A stretch of DNA of 20,000 nt, from positions 498,860 through 518,859 of the forward strand of contig CAWGRK010000006.1 of the NCBI GenBank assembly GCA_963824995.1, in the 5' to 3' direction. This DNA is from an uncultured Actinomycetes bacterium. Its GTDB lineage: Bacteria; Actinomycetota; Acidimicrobiia; Spongiisociales; DATADW01. Below are positions 8,111-17,911 of this stretch, piece after piece. A program made the position numbers and the translations under genes. Position 1 is the first letter of the stretch; every line of letters starts with the position of its first letter. The notes beneath the pieces were generated by a model. That model had not been told where the DNA came from and did not search any database. It saw only the letters and a list, made by a program, of their open reading frames with translations.

Positions 8111-10327
8111 TCATGACCTGAACAGCCATTGGACGTCTTCGCCGAGGAAGGCGGTCACTTCGTCTTTGAGTTCGGGGTTGTGGTCGAGGGTGGGGTCGGC
8201 GCCGACCAGGCGGAAGGCCTCGCGCCGTGCCGTGACCAACAGGTCGGCGTCGCGCAGGATGTCGGCCAGGCGTAGATCGGGCAGTCCGGACTGGCGGGTG
8301 CCGAAGACGGTTCCCTGTCCGCGGATCCTCAGGTCCTCCTCAGCGAGGACGAAGCCGTCGGAACTGGCGATCATGGCGGCTACCCGTTGTTCGCCCTCCT
8401 CGGTGGTCGGCTCGGACATCAGAACACATGTGGAAGGGAACTTCGCCCGGCCGACTCTGCCGCGGAGTTGGTGGAGCTGGCTGAGACCGAACCGGTCGGC
8501 ATCCTCGATCACCATCACGGTGGCGTTGGGGATGTCGATCCCGACCTCGATAACGGTGGTGGCGACGAGCACGTCTACCTCGCCGTCCCTCATCGCCCCC
8601 ATCACCGATTCCTTCTCGACCGAAGGCATCTGCCCGTGGATCAGCCCCACCCGCAACCCGCTGAGCACCTCTTGCAGCCGCTTGTGCTCGGTGGTGGCCG
8701 ATGCGGCTTCGACCTTTGCGCTGTCCTCGACCAGAGGGCATACGACGAACGCTTGCCGTCCCTCGGTGACCTGTTCGCGGATGAGTTGCTCTACCCGAGC
8801 CCAATCCGTCGGGCCCTTTCCCAGATGAATCGTGGTCACCAGTGCCCTGCCGGGGGGCATGGCATCGAGCAACGTGACATCCAGGTCGCCGTAGAGGGTC
8901 ATCGCCAGCGTCCGCGGGATGGGGGTTGCGGTCATGATGAGCAGGTCGGGGTCAACGTCCCCGGCCTTCTCCTTGAGGTCCACCCGCTGATGGACACCGA
9001 AGCGGTGCTGCTCGTCAACCACGGCGACACCCAGACGGTGGAAGTGGACGCCCTCCTGGATGAGGGCGTGGGTCCCGATCACGAGGTCCACCTCGCCGGT
9101 CGCGATCATGTCGAGCAGTTCCTGCCGGCGTACCCCACCCCGGGGCCGGCTGGTCACCTCGGCGCTCGAACCGGTGAGCAGCGCCACCACCACCGGCCGG
9201 GCGGCGCCCTCGCCTGGGGGACCGGCGAAGAGCGAATCCATGCCCAGTCGACTTCCTTCGCCCTCGACCTCGGGGGTCATCCCGGCAAGGTCGAGCAAAC
9301 CCGTGATGCTGAGGAAGTGCTGCCCGGCGAGAACCTCGGTGGGGGCCATCACCGCACCCTGGTAGCCCCCCTCGACACCGGCGAGCAGGGCGGCGACCGC
9401 CACGACCGTCTTCCCCGATCCCACCTCGCCCTGAAGCAGGCGATGCATCGGGTCGGCCGAGGCGAGGTCGGCATCGATCTCCTCCAGCGCCCGTAACTGG
9501 GCCTCTGTCAGCCGAAAAGGAAGGTGTTCCACGAAGTGCGTTGCGAGTCCGCGCCCGGCGTCGTGGACGATTCCCTTGCTGGTGACGCGCCGGTGGCGCT
9601 GCTGCGCCGCCAGCGCCACTTCGAGCCGGAACAACTCGTCGAAGGCGAGCCGGCGCCGGCTCGCCGCCACCTCGTCGAGCGACTCGGGAAAGTGGATCCC
9701 GCCGAATGCGGCGTCCCGATCCATCAGCCCAAGCTCGGCGAGTATCACATCGGGGACCGGGTCCGAGACTGGCCGCGCCACTTTCAGGGCTTCGAATATG
9801 GCTCGCCGGAGGTGGCCGGCGCTCACCTCCTGGACCGACGGGTGGATGGGGACGATCCGCCCGGTGATCAGGCTCTCCTTGCCACCGAGCAGGTCCACGG
9901 CCGGGCTCTTCATCTGCGGGCTCCCCTGGAACCACTCGATCTTCCCCGAGAGCGCCACCTCGGCACCGGGCTGGAGCTGGCGCTCACGGAACTCCTGGTT
10001 GAACCAGGTCGCCTTCAGGCGTCCGGTGCCGTCGGTGATTACCGCGTCCACGATCACCAGGTTGCGGCGGGGACGCCGCTTCGACACCTTGACGACCTCG
10101 GCGAGGACGGTCACCTCGGTGTCGCGGGGAAGCTCGGCAATCCGGACGCTGCTGCTCCGGTCTATGTAGCGGCGCGGGACATGGAGGATCAGTTCTGCGA
10201 CGGTCTCGATACCTCCCTTGCGCAAAAGCGCGACGCGCTTGTCCGACACCGTCGGTACGCGGTCCACGGTGACCGTGGCGAGGTAGGCCAGAGACCTGCC
10301 TGGGCCGTCGAAGGGGGGGTCTGTCAT
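8111..10327 (-). CDS. recG: ATP-dependent DNA helicase RecG
   Basis: Wedge domain ([12 protein letters not shown]), [74 protein letters not shown]. Start at ATG 10327 with TACAGT -10 8 nt upstream. Confidence 0.97.
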   Translation of the reverse strand: MTDPPFDGPGRSLAYLATVTVDRVPTVSDKRVALLRKGGIETVAELILHVPRRYIDRSSSVRIAELPRDTEVTVLAEVVKVSKRRPRRNLVIVDAVITDGTGRLKATWFNQEFRERQLQPGAEVALSGKIEWFQGSPQMKSPAVDLLGGKESLITGRIVPIHPSVQEVSAGHLRRAIFEALKVARPVSDPVPDVILAELGLMDRDAAFGGIHFPESLDEVAASRRRLAFDELFRLEVALAAQQRHRRVTSKGIVHDAGRGLATHFVEHLPFRLTEAQLRALEEIDADLASADPMHRLLQGEVGSGKTVVAVAALLAGVEGGYQGAVMAPTEVLAGQHFLSITGLLDLAGMTPEVEGEGSRLGMDSLFAGPPGEGAARPVVVALLTGSSAEVTSRPRGGVRRQELLDMIATGEVDLVIGTHALIQEGVHFHRLGVAVVDEQHRFGVHQRVDLKEKAGDVDPDLLIMTATPIPRTLAMTLYGDLDVTLLDAMPPGRALVTTIHLGKGPTDWARVEQLIREQVTEGRQAFVVCPLVEDSAKVEAASATTEHKRLQEVLSGLRVGLIHGQMPSVEKESVMGAMRDGEVDVLVATTVIEVGIDIPNATVMVIEDADRFGLSQLHQLRGRVGRAKFPSTCVLMSEPTTEEGEQRVAAMIASSDGFVLAEEDLRIRGQGTVFGTRQSGLPDLRLADILRDADLLVTARREAFRLVGADPTLDHNPELKDEVTAFLGEDVQWLFRS

Positions 10328-10335
10328 CGGGCGAC

Positions 10336-10371
10336 ACTGTACGATGCGGCCCCCACAGCGGGTGCTATCCT
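10336..10371. promoter_or_regulatory. Back-to-back promoters: recG -10 TACAGT (minus, 10336-10341) and rpmB extended -10 TGcTATCCT (plus, 10363-10371)
   Basis: Matches to TANNNT and TGnTANNNT within the 76-bp divergent intergenic region. Confidence 0.55.
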
Positions 10372-10403
10372 CCCTGTCCCACCCCCACGAGGTCTGTCCA
10401 CCC

Positions 10404-10592
10404 ATGTCTTACCGCTGCGAAGTCTGTGGCAAGCAGCCCGGTTACGGGAACATTGTCAGCTTCTCGCACAAGCGGGCCAACCGCCGCTGGCTGCCCAACA
10501 TCCAGCGGGTCCGCGTCCGTCACGGCTCCAACACCAGGCGTGCCCGGGTGTGCACCTCGTGCCTCAAGGCGGGCAAGGTCGAGAAGGCTTGA
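10404..10592 (+). CDS. rpmB: 50S ribosomal protein L28 (Zn-binding form)
   Basis: [22 protein letters not shown]...[10 protein letters not shown]...[18 protein letters not shown]. Confidence 0.97.
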   Translation: MSYRCEVCGKQPGYGNIVSFSHKRANRRWLPNIQRVRVRHGSNTRRARVCTSCLKAGKVEKA

Positions 10593-10596
10593 GCTG

Positions 10597-10809
10597 ATGC
10601 AGGGCGTGGTCAAGGTCTACGACCCCAACACCGGCGCCGGCATCGTGGTACTCGACAGCGATCGCTCCGAGGTATACCTCCGCCCCGGCTCGCTGAAGGG
10701 GAGCATCTTCCGCACCCTCCGCCAAGGGCAGCGCATCGTCTTCGAGCTAGAGGACGAGGACGACCGCCGCTTCGTCACCGGCGTCCGCATCGGCTCCGAC
10801 GGCTACTGA
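10597..10809 (+). CDS. Divergent cold-shock/OB-fold small protein
   Basis: MQGVVKVYDPNTGAGIVV...FRTLRQGQRIVFEL resembles the CSD pattern (G.VK; F.tL.eGQ.V.F). 70 aa, starts 4 nt after the rpmB stop. Confidence 0.8.
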   Translation: MQGVVKVYDPNTGAGIVVLDSDRSEVYLRPGSLKGSIFRTLRQGQRIVFELEDEDDRRFVTGVRIGSDGY

Positions 10810-10971
10810 GCTAGGTGAGGGAATTGGTGGGCTCACCGTCGCGCGCCTTCAATGATCATCTGGTCAGTTTTGGCGGTTGAGCGAGGGGGCCGTGCTGACA
10901 TGATGGGCTGCTGACGCACGGGAAGCGCCCCGTCGGTAGAGTCGCCGGCACGCTGCAGTGAAGGAGGGCGC

Positions 10972-11205
10972 GTGGTCCAGGCGTACGTCTTGATCCAGAC
11001 CGAGGTCGGCAAGGCCGCCATGGTCGCCGATGAGGTCCGCCGAATCGCCGGTGTCGAGGCCGCCGACGACGTGACAGGTCCCTATGACGTCATCGTCAAG
11101 GCGACCGCAGACGACGTCGACCAACTGGGCAAGCTCGTGGTGGCCAAGATCCAGGCGGTCGAAGGGATCACCCGCACCCTGACCTGCCCCATCGTCCATC
11201 TCTGA
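10972..11205 (+). CDS. Lrp/AsnC ligand-binding (RAM) domain protein
   Basis: VQAYVLIQTEVGKA...VTGPYDVIV...IQAVEGITRTLTCPIVHL. AAGGAGG RBS. Confidence 0.93.
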   Translation: MVQAYVLIQTEVGKAAMVADEVRRIAGVEAADDVTGPYDVIVKATADDVDQLGKLVVAKIQAVEGITRTLTCPIVHL

Positions 11206-11211
11206 GCTGAG

Positions 11212-12291
11212 TCAGCCGCCCAGCTTCTGGGCAATGCTGGATGCGCTGCGTAGCGCGCTGCCATCGGCGCCCACGGTGACGAAACGTCGAACCGGGTCAC
11301 GGCGCGCTTCTTCCACCATGTCTGCCAGCAGCCGATCCCGTGGTATCGGGGGGTCCACCCACAGGTAGTGGGCCAGGCTCCCCGGGATCGTGTTGACCTC
11401 GTTGAGCCAGACCTCGCCGGCGCGATGGAGGAAGTCGATCCGGGCGATCGAGCGGAGCCCGAGGAGCGCTGTGATCTGACGGGCGATGTCGTACACCCGC
11501 TCCTCCACCGGTGCCGCCAGACCTGACCCGCCACCGGGGTTCGCCTGGCCGCCCCAGTCGAGGTACTTCTCCGAGTAGGTGTATATGGCGTCGCCGCTCC
11601 GCTCGGGGGCGCGGATTGCGGAGAGTTGCAGATCGGGGTAGGTGCGTACCCCGATCTCGAGGTCGCTTCCGCCTTCGAGGAACGGCTCGATCACCGCCCC
11701 GCCGACGAGATGTGGCGAGACCCGCAGAAGTGCCCGGGCAGCGTCGAGGTCGGCGACAACCTCCACCCCGATCGACGACCCACCGAAACGCGGCTTGACG
11801 ATGAACGGCGGTGCGAAGCCGGGCTCGGTGCCCGGTGTGAGGTGTAGCCGGGGTAGCACCGGCATCCCGGCGGATGATGCGACGGCGGCGAAGGCGAGCT
11901 TGTCCATGCCGAGCGAAGCGCCCACCATTCCCGGCCCCGTTGCACGCAACCCCACGAGTTCGAAAACCCCCTGAAGGGTGCCGTCCTCGCCGGGACCGCC
12001 ATGGCAGCAGTTGACCACCACATCGATGTCGAGCGGACGACGGCGGGCCACGAACCCGCCTCCCGGCGCTGCCACCAACTGCAGTTCCCGGGCTTTGCGG
12101 GGCACTCCTTCGACGAAATCGGACGCCTCGAGTCCGGGGTCCACACCGTGCCACGACCCCGACTTCGCCCAGTAGAGCGCCTCGACCGGCGACCCCGCCT
12201 CGGCGAGCGTCCGGGCAGCCTGGAGCCCGGTGAGGATCGAGATGTCGTGCTCGGGCGAGGGCCCCCCAAAGACGACCGCAGTGCTGCTCAT
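11212..12291 (-). CDS. ddl: D-alanine--D-alanine ligase family ATP-grasp enzyme
   Basis: VFGGPSPEHDIS, HGGPGEDGTLQG, GMDK, IVKPRFGGSSIG, YTYSEKY, ARIDF, NEVNTIPGS. ATGA overlap with the upstream gene. Confidence 0.88.
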   Translation of the reverse strand: MSSTAVVFGGPSPEHDISILTGLQAARTLAEAGSPVEALYWAKSGSWHGVDPGLEASDFVEGVPRKARELQLVAAPGGGFVARRRPLDIDVVVNCCHGGPGEDGTLQGVFELVGLRATGPGMVGASLGMDKLAFAAVASSAGMPVLPRLHLTPGTEPGFAPPFIVKPRFGGSSIGVEVVADLDAARALLRVSPHLVGGAVIEPFLEGGSDLEIGVRTYPDLQLSAIRAPERSGDAIYTYSEKYLDWGGQANPGGGSGLAAPVEERVYDIARQITALLGLRSIARIDFLHRAGEVWLNEVNTIPGSLAHYLWVDPPIPRDRLLADMVEEARRDPVRRFVTVGADGSALRSASSIAQKLGG

Positions 12292-13796
12292 GGGTAGTGG
12301 TCGGGGAGGTCGTTCTCGTAGAGAACGGCGTCGCCCTCCCCGAGATGCGAGCGCGTCCAGTCCACCGCCTGGTCGCGGGTGGCCAGGGCGACGATGTTGG
12401 CGGTTGAACCCTCTGCGCCCCTCAGCAGCGCGTGCCGGTTGGTGTGTCCCACCACGAGTAAGTCGCTGGCAATCCCGACTGCGGCCCGGGCGAAAGCCTC
12501 GTTCTCGGCGTGCTGTCGGGGACCCAACTCGACCATCCCCGGAGTGACGACTACCCGCCGACCGCCGTTCTCCCCAAGAGCGGCCAAGGTCTCGAGCGCC
12601 GCGGCGGCGCCCGCGGGATTGGCGTTGTAGGTGTCGTCCACTATCGAGAACCCCCCGGAGGTGGCGACCACGGTACGGCGGTGCTCGGGAGAGGACAGTC
12701 GAGAGACTGCCGCACCGACTTCCCCGGGCGCCATCCCGGCGGCCAGCGCCGCCCCGATGGCACAAGCCAGGTTCCCCCGGAACAGTGAAGAGGAGTCCAC
12801 GGTGGCGACCCGGTTGCCATCGACGCAAACGGCGCCGTCAGGCTGCACCACGACGTCGGCTCCCCTGTCGAAGGCCGAACAGCTGATCACCCGGCCGCCA
12901 AAACCGGCGGCGACCGCGGCGAGACGCGGGTCGTCGATGTTGAGAACGGCGATATCCGCGGTGCCGAGGATCTCCTGTTTTGCCCTGGTCGTCGCCTCGA
13001 GCGAGCCGAAGCGCTCGAGGTGGACCGGTCCGATGGCGGTGATCGCCGAAATGCTGGGCCGAACCCACCTGACCAGATCGGCGATCTCGCCCGGGCCGTA
13101 CGTGCCCATCTCGGCCACGAACACCTCGACGCCCGGGGAAAGCTGCTCGTTGATCGCCCTGGCGAGGCCCATTGCGTTGTTGAAGCTGGCCGGGGTGGCG
13201 ACGGTGTTGAACCGCGTGGCCAGGAGCGAGCGGAGGTACTCCTTGGTGGTCGTCTTGCCGTAGGAGCCGGTGATGGCGATGACGATCGGCGCGACCGACC
13301 GCAGCCGGGCCTCCGCATCATCGACGAACCGCGCGCCGAGTCGGCGCTCCAGCGGCGCCAGCAACCAGAGCGCCAGGTCTGTCAGCAGCGGGAAGAACAG
13401 GGCGGCGACCGACCCCACGGCGACTGATGCTTCGACCCCGAGCGGCAGCGCCGCCGCGGTGATGCCGACGGCGAGCAGCGCGGTCAGTGCGGCCAGGCGG
13501 CGCAGCCGAGAGGTCCACCTCAACGGCGAGGTCCGGCCGCGCAAGCCGAGACCCAGGGGACCGATGGCCCCGGCGAGCATCGCGCCCACCCCTGCGACCG
13601 GCCACCAGAAGGCAGCGATCCCTGCCGCCGTCCCGATGACAAGAAGGGCGGGGTTGGCGGGCGGCACCCGCCACCAGCGAATGGCGAACCGCGTCACCGA
13701 GCCGGCGAGGTAGTGCTCGCGCTGCGCCACGCGCAGCCAGCGGACTCCGGCGAGGGAAGCGGCCGCGGCGGCGGGTACGAGGAGCCAGGCGATCAC
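12288..13796 (-). CDS. murF: MurF-like Mur ligase with an N-terminal multi-TM domain
   Basis: ITGSYGKTTTKE P-loop, TPASFNN, EMG, GPVHLERF, DDTYNANP, TPGMVELG, VLYENDLPDHY. About 150 hydrophobic N-terminal residues. GTG start overlaps the hydrolase stop. Confidence 0.8.
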   Translation of the reverse strand: MIAWLLVPAAAAASLAGVRWLRVAQREHYLAGSVTRFAIRWWRVPPANPALLVIGTAAGIAAFWWPVAGVGAMLAGAIGPLGLGLRGRTSPLRWTSRLRRLAALTALLAVGITAAALPLGVEASVAVGSVAALFFPLLTDLALWLLAPLERRLGARFVDDAEARLRSVAPIVIAITGSYGKTTTKEYLRSLLATRFNTVATPASFNNAMGLARAINEQLSPGVEVFVAEMGTYGPGEIADLVRWVRPSISAITAIGPVHLERFGSLEATTRAKQEILGTADIAVLNIDDPRLAAVAAGFGGRVISCSAFDRGADVVVQPDGAVCVDGNRVATVDSSSLFRGNLACAIGAALAAGMAPGEVGAAVSRLSSPEHRRTVVATSGGFSIVDDTYNANPAGAAAALETLAALGENGGRRVVVTPGMVELGPRQHAENEAFARAAVGIASDLLVVGHTNRHALLRGAEGSTANIVALATRDQAVDWTRSHLGEGDAVLYENDLPDHYP

Positions 13797-14536
13797 AGGT
13801 GAACCCCGGCCAAAGTCGAGCGCAGCACATCCGGGTGTGTGGTGGGCAGGTGGTGGCCGGCGCCCGGCACCACCTCTAGCGTCGCATCGATGCCGCGGTC
13901 CTCGAGGATGGCGAGGGCGCTCCGGGCGACCGACACCGGCACCTCGGTGTCGTCCTCGCCCCACAACAACCGCACGGGACACCGCAGCACGGCCAATTCC
14001 GCCTCGTAGCTCTCCCCGACGGTCTCGACCAGAACCGAGCGCATGATCCCCTCGGCCGCCCGGTAGTCGGCAGAGCCGTATCGGTTTCGGGCTTCCTCGA
14101 GCCTCTGTTCGGAGACCAGCCCGGCCCGCCGCAGCGTCCGCACCAGGCGATATCCCCATGGGACCGACCGCCGCGGTCCGGTCTTGAGGAGCGGGGTCCC
14201 GACGAGAACGAGACTCCCGATCCGGTCGCCGTGGGCAGCCGCCATGCAGACCGCCACCCTGCCCCCGAAGGAGTGACCAACGAGAGTCGCCGGTGTTCTC
14301 AATTCGCCGAGAACCGGCGAAAGTGAGGCGGCATAGGTCCGTGCCCCGCCTGACTGCACGGGTGGCGGCGAGGCGCCGAACCCGGGTAGATCGAGGGCGA
14401 ATGCGTCCAAACCGCCGAGGGCAGGTGAGAAATCGGCTCGGCTCCTCCCCCAGCCGTGGAGGGCCAGGATCCCGGGCACGCCATCACCGAAGCGCTCGCC
14501 GAAGAAGGTGCCGTCGCAGAAGGCTTTGAGTGCCAT
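13793..14536 (-). CDS. Alpha/beta-fold hydrolase
   Basis: LHGWG, DLPGFGAS, nucleophile elbow GHSFGG, LLWGEDD (Asp), GAGHH (His). Confidence 0.9.
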   Translation of the reverse strand: MALKAFCDGTFFGERFGDGVPGILALHGWGRSRADFSPALGGLDAFALDLPGFGASPPPVQSGGARTYAASLSPVLGELRTPATLVGHSFGGRVAVCMAAAHGDRIGSLVLVGTPLLKTGPRRSVPWGYRLVRTLRRAGLVSEQRLEEARNRYGSADYRAAEGIMRSVLVETVGESYEAELAVLRCPVRLLWGEDDTEVPVSVARSALAILEDRGIDATLEVVPGAGHHLPTTHPDVLRSTLAGVHL

Positions 14537-14628
14537 GCGACCCCTGAGGGTACCGGCAAGGCTCGCTTCGCTCGCTGCATGGCTCTCGCCGCGCACGCCT
14601 CATGGGTCTTGGGAAGTTCGCTTGCCGT

Positions 14629-15414
14629 CTACTCGGTCGGTGTCGCCGCCGCCACCGCATGGAAGCCGCCGTCCACGTGGACGACCTCCCCGGTGGTCAT
14701 GGCGGACCAGTCGGAGAGGAGGACGCAGACCATGCGTGCCACCGGGGACGGATCGGCGAGGTTCCAGCCGAGCGGCGCCCGCTCTCCCCAGACCTGCTCG
14801 AAGAGGGCGAAGCCGGGTATCGACTTGGCTGCCACGGTGCTCAGCGGGCCTGCTGATACCGCGTTGACCCGGATCCCATCGGCGCCGAGGTCGCGGGCCA
14901 GATAGCGGGTCACCGAGACGAGAGCCGACTTGGCCACACCCATCCAGTCGTATGCGGGCCAGGCCTGCCGGTTGTCGAAATCGAGCGTCACCAGTGCCCC
15001 TCCGCCCGCCTTGCGCAGCAACGGGAGCAGTCCCACGGCGAGCGTCTTGTAGGAGAACGCAGAGGTGACGAAGGCGGTCTGGGCACTCTCGGGCGGGGTG
15101 GTGAGGAAGTTGCCCCCGAGCGCATCATCGGGAGCGAAGGCGATGGCGTGCAGCGCGCCGTCCACCGCCCCCCAGCGCGACCTGAGGTCTTCGGCGACAC
15201 GGTCCATGTCCGACGGGTCGTTGATGTCGAGTGGGAGGACGTCAGCGGGCCTGGGCAGACGTTGCACCGCCCGTTCGGTGAGCCGCATGCCCCGACCGAA
15301 ACCGGTGGCGACGATCTCGGCGCCCTCCTCCTGGGCGATTCGTGCGGCGTGCCATGCAATCGAGTCGTCGGTCAGGATCCCCGTGACGAGCAGGCGTTTC
15401 CCCTCGAGCAGCAC
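14629..15414 (-). CDS. fabI: Enoyl-ACP reductase FabI (InhA-like)
   Basis: LEGKRLLVTGILTDDSIA, HAIAFAP, AWPAYDWMGVAKSAL (Y..M...K), VSAGPL, VHVDGG. GAGGAGG RBS before GTG 15414. Confidence 0.95.
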   Translation of the reverse strand: MLLEGKRLLVTGILTDDSIAWHAARIAQEEGAEIVATGFGRGMRLTERAVQRLPRPADVLPLDINDPSDMDRVAEDLRSRWGAVDGALHAIAFAPDDALGGNFLTTPPESAQTAFVTSAFSYKTLAVGLLPLLRKAGGGALVTLDFDNRQAWPAYDWMGVAKSALVSVTRYLARDLGADGIRVNAVSAGPLSTVAAKSIPGFALFEQVWGERAPLGWNLADPSPVARMVCVLLSDWSAMTTGEVVHVDGGFHAVAAATPTE

Positions 15415-15548
15415 AGTCCCTCCTCGCAGTCGGTCGGTGCCCGATGCTACGAGGCCGATGAGGTCTTGGTTTGGTCGGCTTCGTCCCTGGTTCTGTGGGC
15501 TCGAAGCGCTGCTGTGCGACCATCCGAACCCGGGGTTCGCAGGTGCCC

Positions 15549-15875
15549 TTAACCGGCGAACGTCTGGATCGCCCTGAGACCGAGACCCATGACGAATAGC
15601 AGCAGAACACCGTATCCGAGGGCGGGACGGGTGCGGATCTGGGCGCGGTAGGCATAGGCGATTGCGAAGGTGGCGGCGATGACCACTCCGTAGAAGGTGT
15701 GGAGCCCCACCGGGCGGGCGCCCTGTGAATAGAGCACCAGACCGCTGGCCACCTGGATCAGCGCAGCCGCGATGGCAAGCCCGACTCCCCAGGCGAAAGC
15801 CTGCGGTGGTGAACGCTTGGCGATAGCCAGGACGATCCCCCACAAACCCACCACCCCGGTCACCGCCACCGCCAC
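15549..15875 (-). CDS. Small multi-TM membrane protein (start uncertain, may extend to 15905)
   Basis: About four hydrophobic segments and an HTFYG motif. The frame is open upstream to a CTG overlapping the previous stop. Confidence 0.8.
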   Translation of the reverse strand: MAVAVTGVVGLWGIVLAIAKRSPPQAFAWGVGLAIAAALIQVASGLVLYSQGARPVGLHTFYGVVIAATFAIAYAYRAQIRTRPALGYGVLLLFVMGLGLRAIQTFAG

Positions 15876-15901
15876 CCAGGCGGAGGTGGCATGGAACCCG
15901 C

Positions 15902-16180
15902 TCAGGTGACCTCGACCAGCTCGCCGCTCAGCAGGTCGAGTACGAACTCCTTATCGGAGTGGGCATCGGCGATCCACTCCGCCAGGGGCGACCCCTCGGC
16001 GCGAACCACCCACCAGGCGAAGTCCCGCCTGCCGCTCCTCCGGAACTGTGCCCGGGCACTTCGGGCCGCTTCCGCTGCCGCGACCGGGGTCTCGAAGGCG
16101 CCGAGGACGCGTGGTCTGGCGACCGCCGGGGTGCCCCCCACACGGCCCCACACCTCGACGAACTCGACCGCTTCATACAT
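15902..16180 (-). CDS. Hypothetical protein (92 aa)
   Basis: Fills the gap in the same orientation as its neighbours, natural composition, TACACT -10 at 16197-16202 (minus). Confidence 0.7.
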   Translation of the reverse strand: MYEAVEFVEVWGRVGGTPAVARPRVLGAFETPVAAAEAARSARAQFRRSGRRDFAWWVVRAEGSPLAEWIADAHSDKEFVLDLLSGELVEVT

Positions 16181-16240
16181 CGGGCTCTCTTGGCGAGTGT
16201 ATCCCCGACCGGGGCCTGACCCACGGCAGGGCGACGGGGG

Positions 16241-17860
16241 TCAGCCGGCCTCGTCCTCCAGCAAGCTGGAGTACTGGTCGCGCACCACCTTCTTGTCGAA
16301 CTTGCCGGTGCTCGTCTTAGGGATCTGCTCGACGAGAAGGACCTTGTCGGGCAGCCACCACTTGGCCACACGCTCGGCGAGGAACCCGAGCAGATCTTCC
16401 TCTGCGGCCTCAACCCCCGGTTTGAGCACCGCCAACGCGACCGGCCGCTCCTGCCATCGCGGGTGCTTGAGCCCCACGACCGCCGCTTCGGCCACAGCGG
16501 GATGCCCCATGAGCGTGTTCTCCAACTCGACCGATGAGATCCACTCTCCGCCGGACTTGATCAGGTCCTTGGCCCTGTCGGTGATCTTGATGTAGCCGTC
16601 GGGCGTGATCTTGCAGACATCCCCGGTCCGCATCCAGCCGTCGGCGAAGGTCTGGGCGCTGCGAGGGTCGCGCAGGTATTCGGCGGCGACCCAAGGACCG
16701 CGGATCAGCAGCTCGCCGAACGCCTCACCGTCCTGGGGAAGCTCATCGCCCATCTCGTCGACGATCTTCACCTGGAGGCCAGGCAGCGGCCGCCCGGCAG
16801 TCTCCAGCCGGTCTAGTTGCTGCTCGAAGTCCCAGTCCTCCATCTCCGGTGTCAGGAGGGCGACGGAGGCGACCGGGTTGGTCTCGGTCATCCCCCAACC
16901 CTGGAGCACCCGGATGCCGCGGTTCTTCCAGTACCAGTCGATCATCGCCCGGGGTACCGCCGACCCGCCGCAGAGAAACCCCTGGATGCTCGACACGTCG
17001 GCCTCGGGGTGCTCGGCCAGGTACTGGGCGATCCCCAGCCATACCGTCGGCACACCGGCCGAGAAGGTGACCCGCTCCCCTTCGATCAGGTCGACGATCC
17101 CCTTGGGGGACAGATCGGGACCCGGGTAGGTGATCTTGGCCCCTGTCGTGGTGGCGCTGAAGGGGTATCCCCAGGCGGCGGCGTGGAACATGGGGACCAC
17201 CGGCAAGACATTGTCTTCGGTCCCGATGTGGAAGTTGGCCAGCCCGGAGATCGTGTGGAGATAGGTGGAGCGCTGCGTATAGGCGACACCCTTGGGGTTG
17301 CCGGTGGTGCCCGACGTGTAGCAGTACATCATCGGGCTCCGCTCATCGAGCGTCGGCCAAGCCCCGTGCGGCTCGATGTCTTCGATCAACTCCTCGTATG
17401 CGATGGCGCTGGGGAGAGCCGAGGCGTCGTCGCCCATGACGACGTAGTGCTCGACGGTCTCCAACTGGGGCGCGAGCGACTCGACGAGCGCGACAAGGTC
17501 GGGATCCACGAAGAGGACACGGTCGCCTGCATGGTTGATGATGTAGACGATCTGGTCGGCGAACAACCTGATGTTGATCGTGTGGCAGATCCTGCCCGTG
17601 TTGGCGGTGCTCCAGTAGAGCTCGTGATGACGCTGGTTGTTCCAGGCGAAAGTCCCGACCGGATCGCCGACATCCACCCCGAACCGCTCGCCCAACGCCG
17701 TCGCCAGCCTGCGCACCCTGTCGTCGGTCTCGCCGTATGTTGTGCGGCGGATGCTCCTGTCAGCCTCGACCGAGACGATCTCCTGCTCCGGGTAGAGCCG
17801 TACGGCTCTGTCGTAGAGGGTCGAGAGCAGCAGCGGGAAGTCGTCCATCATGTGCGGCAC
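16241..17860 (-). CDS. Long/medium-chain fatty acid--CoA ligase (AlkK/DmdB-like ANL enzyme)
   Basis: YTSGTTGNPKG, VPMFHAAAWG, QGWGMTET, WMRTGD, DRAKDLIKSGGEWISS, PKTSTGKFDK. GAGGGAG RBS before GTG 17860. Confidence 0.95.
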   Translation of the reverse strand: MPHMMDDFPLLLSTLYDRAVRLYPEQEIVSVEADRSIRRTTYGETDDRVRRLATALGERFGVDVGDPVGTFAWNNQRHHELYWSTANTGRICHTINIRLFADQIVYIINHAGDRVLFVDPDLVALVESLAPQLETVEHYVVMGDDASALPSAIAYEELIEDIEPHGAWPTLDERSPMMYCYTSGTTGNPKGVAYTQRSTYLHTISGLANFHIGTEDNVLPVVPMFHAAAWGYPFSATTTGAKITYPGPDLSPKGIVDLIEGERVTFSAGVPTVWLGIAQYLAEHPEADVSSIQGFLCGGSAVPRAMIDWYWKNRGIRVLQGWGMTETNPVASVALLTPEMEDWDFEQQLDRLETAGRPLPGLQVKIVDEMGDELPQDGEAFGELLIRGPWVAAEYLRDPRSAQTFADGWMRTGDVCKITPDGYIKITDRAKDLIKSGGEWISSVELENTLMGHPAVAEAAVVGLKHPRWQERPVALAVLKPGVEAAEEDLLGFLAERVAKWWLPDKVLLVEQIPKTSTGKFDKKVVRDQYSSLLEDEAG

Positions 17861-17911
17861 TCGTCTCTCCCTCGCCTCGAGTTGGTCGATGCTATTCCGC
17901 GGACGACGGCC

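Noticed and set aside
7941..8129. 63-aa N-terminal extension of RsmD (RLPSAVRRLPSAV...)
   Set aside because: It is the translation of heptamer repeats; the family start is MRIIAG at 7940.
11212..14536. Vancomycin-resistance (van) cluster
   Set aside because: No VanH/VanX/VanRS-type genes, and the ligase retains the KY omega-loop motif of D-Ala-D-Ala ligases.
15456..15485. Third CGATGA promoter-like site
   Set aside because: GTC falls at spacing 21 rather than 18, and it points antisense into the membrane protein gene.
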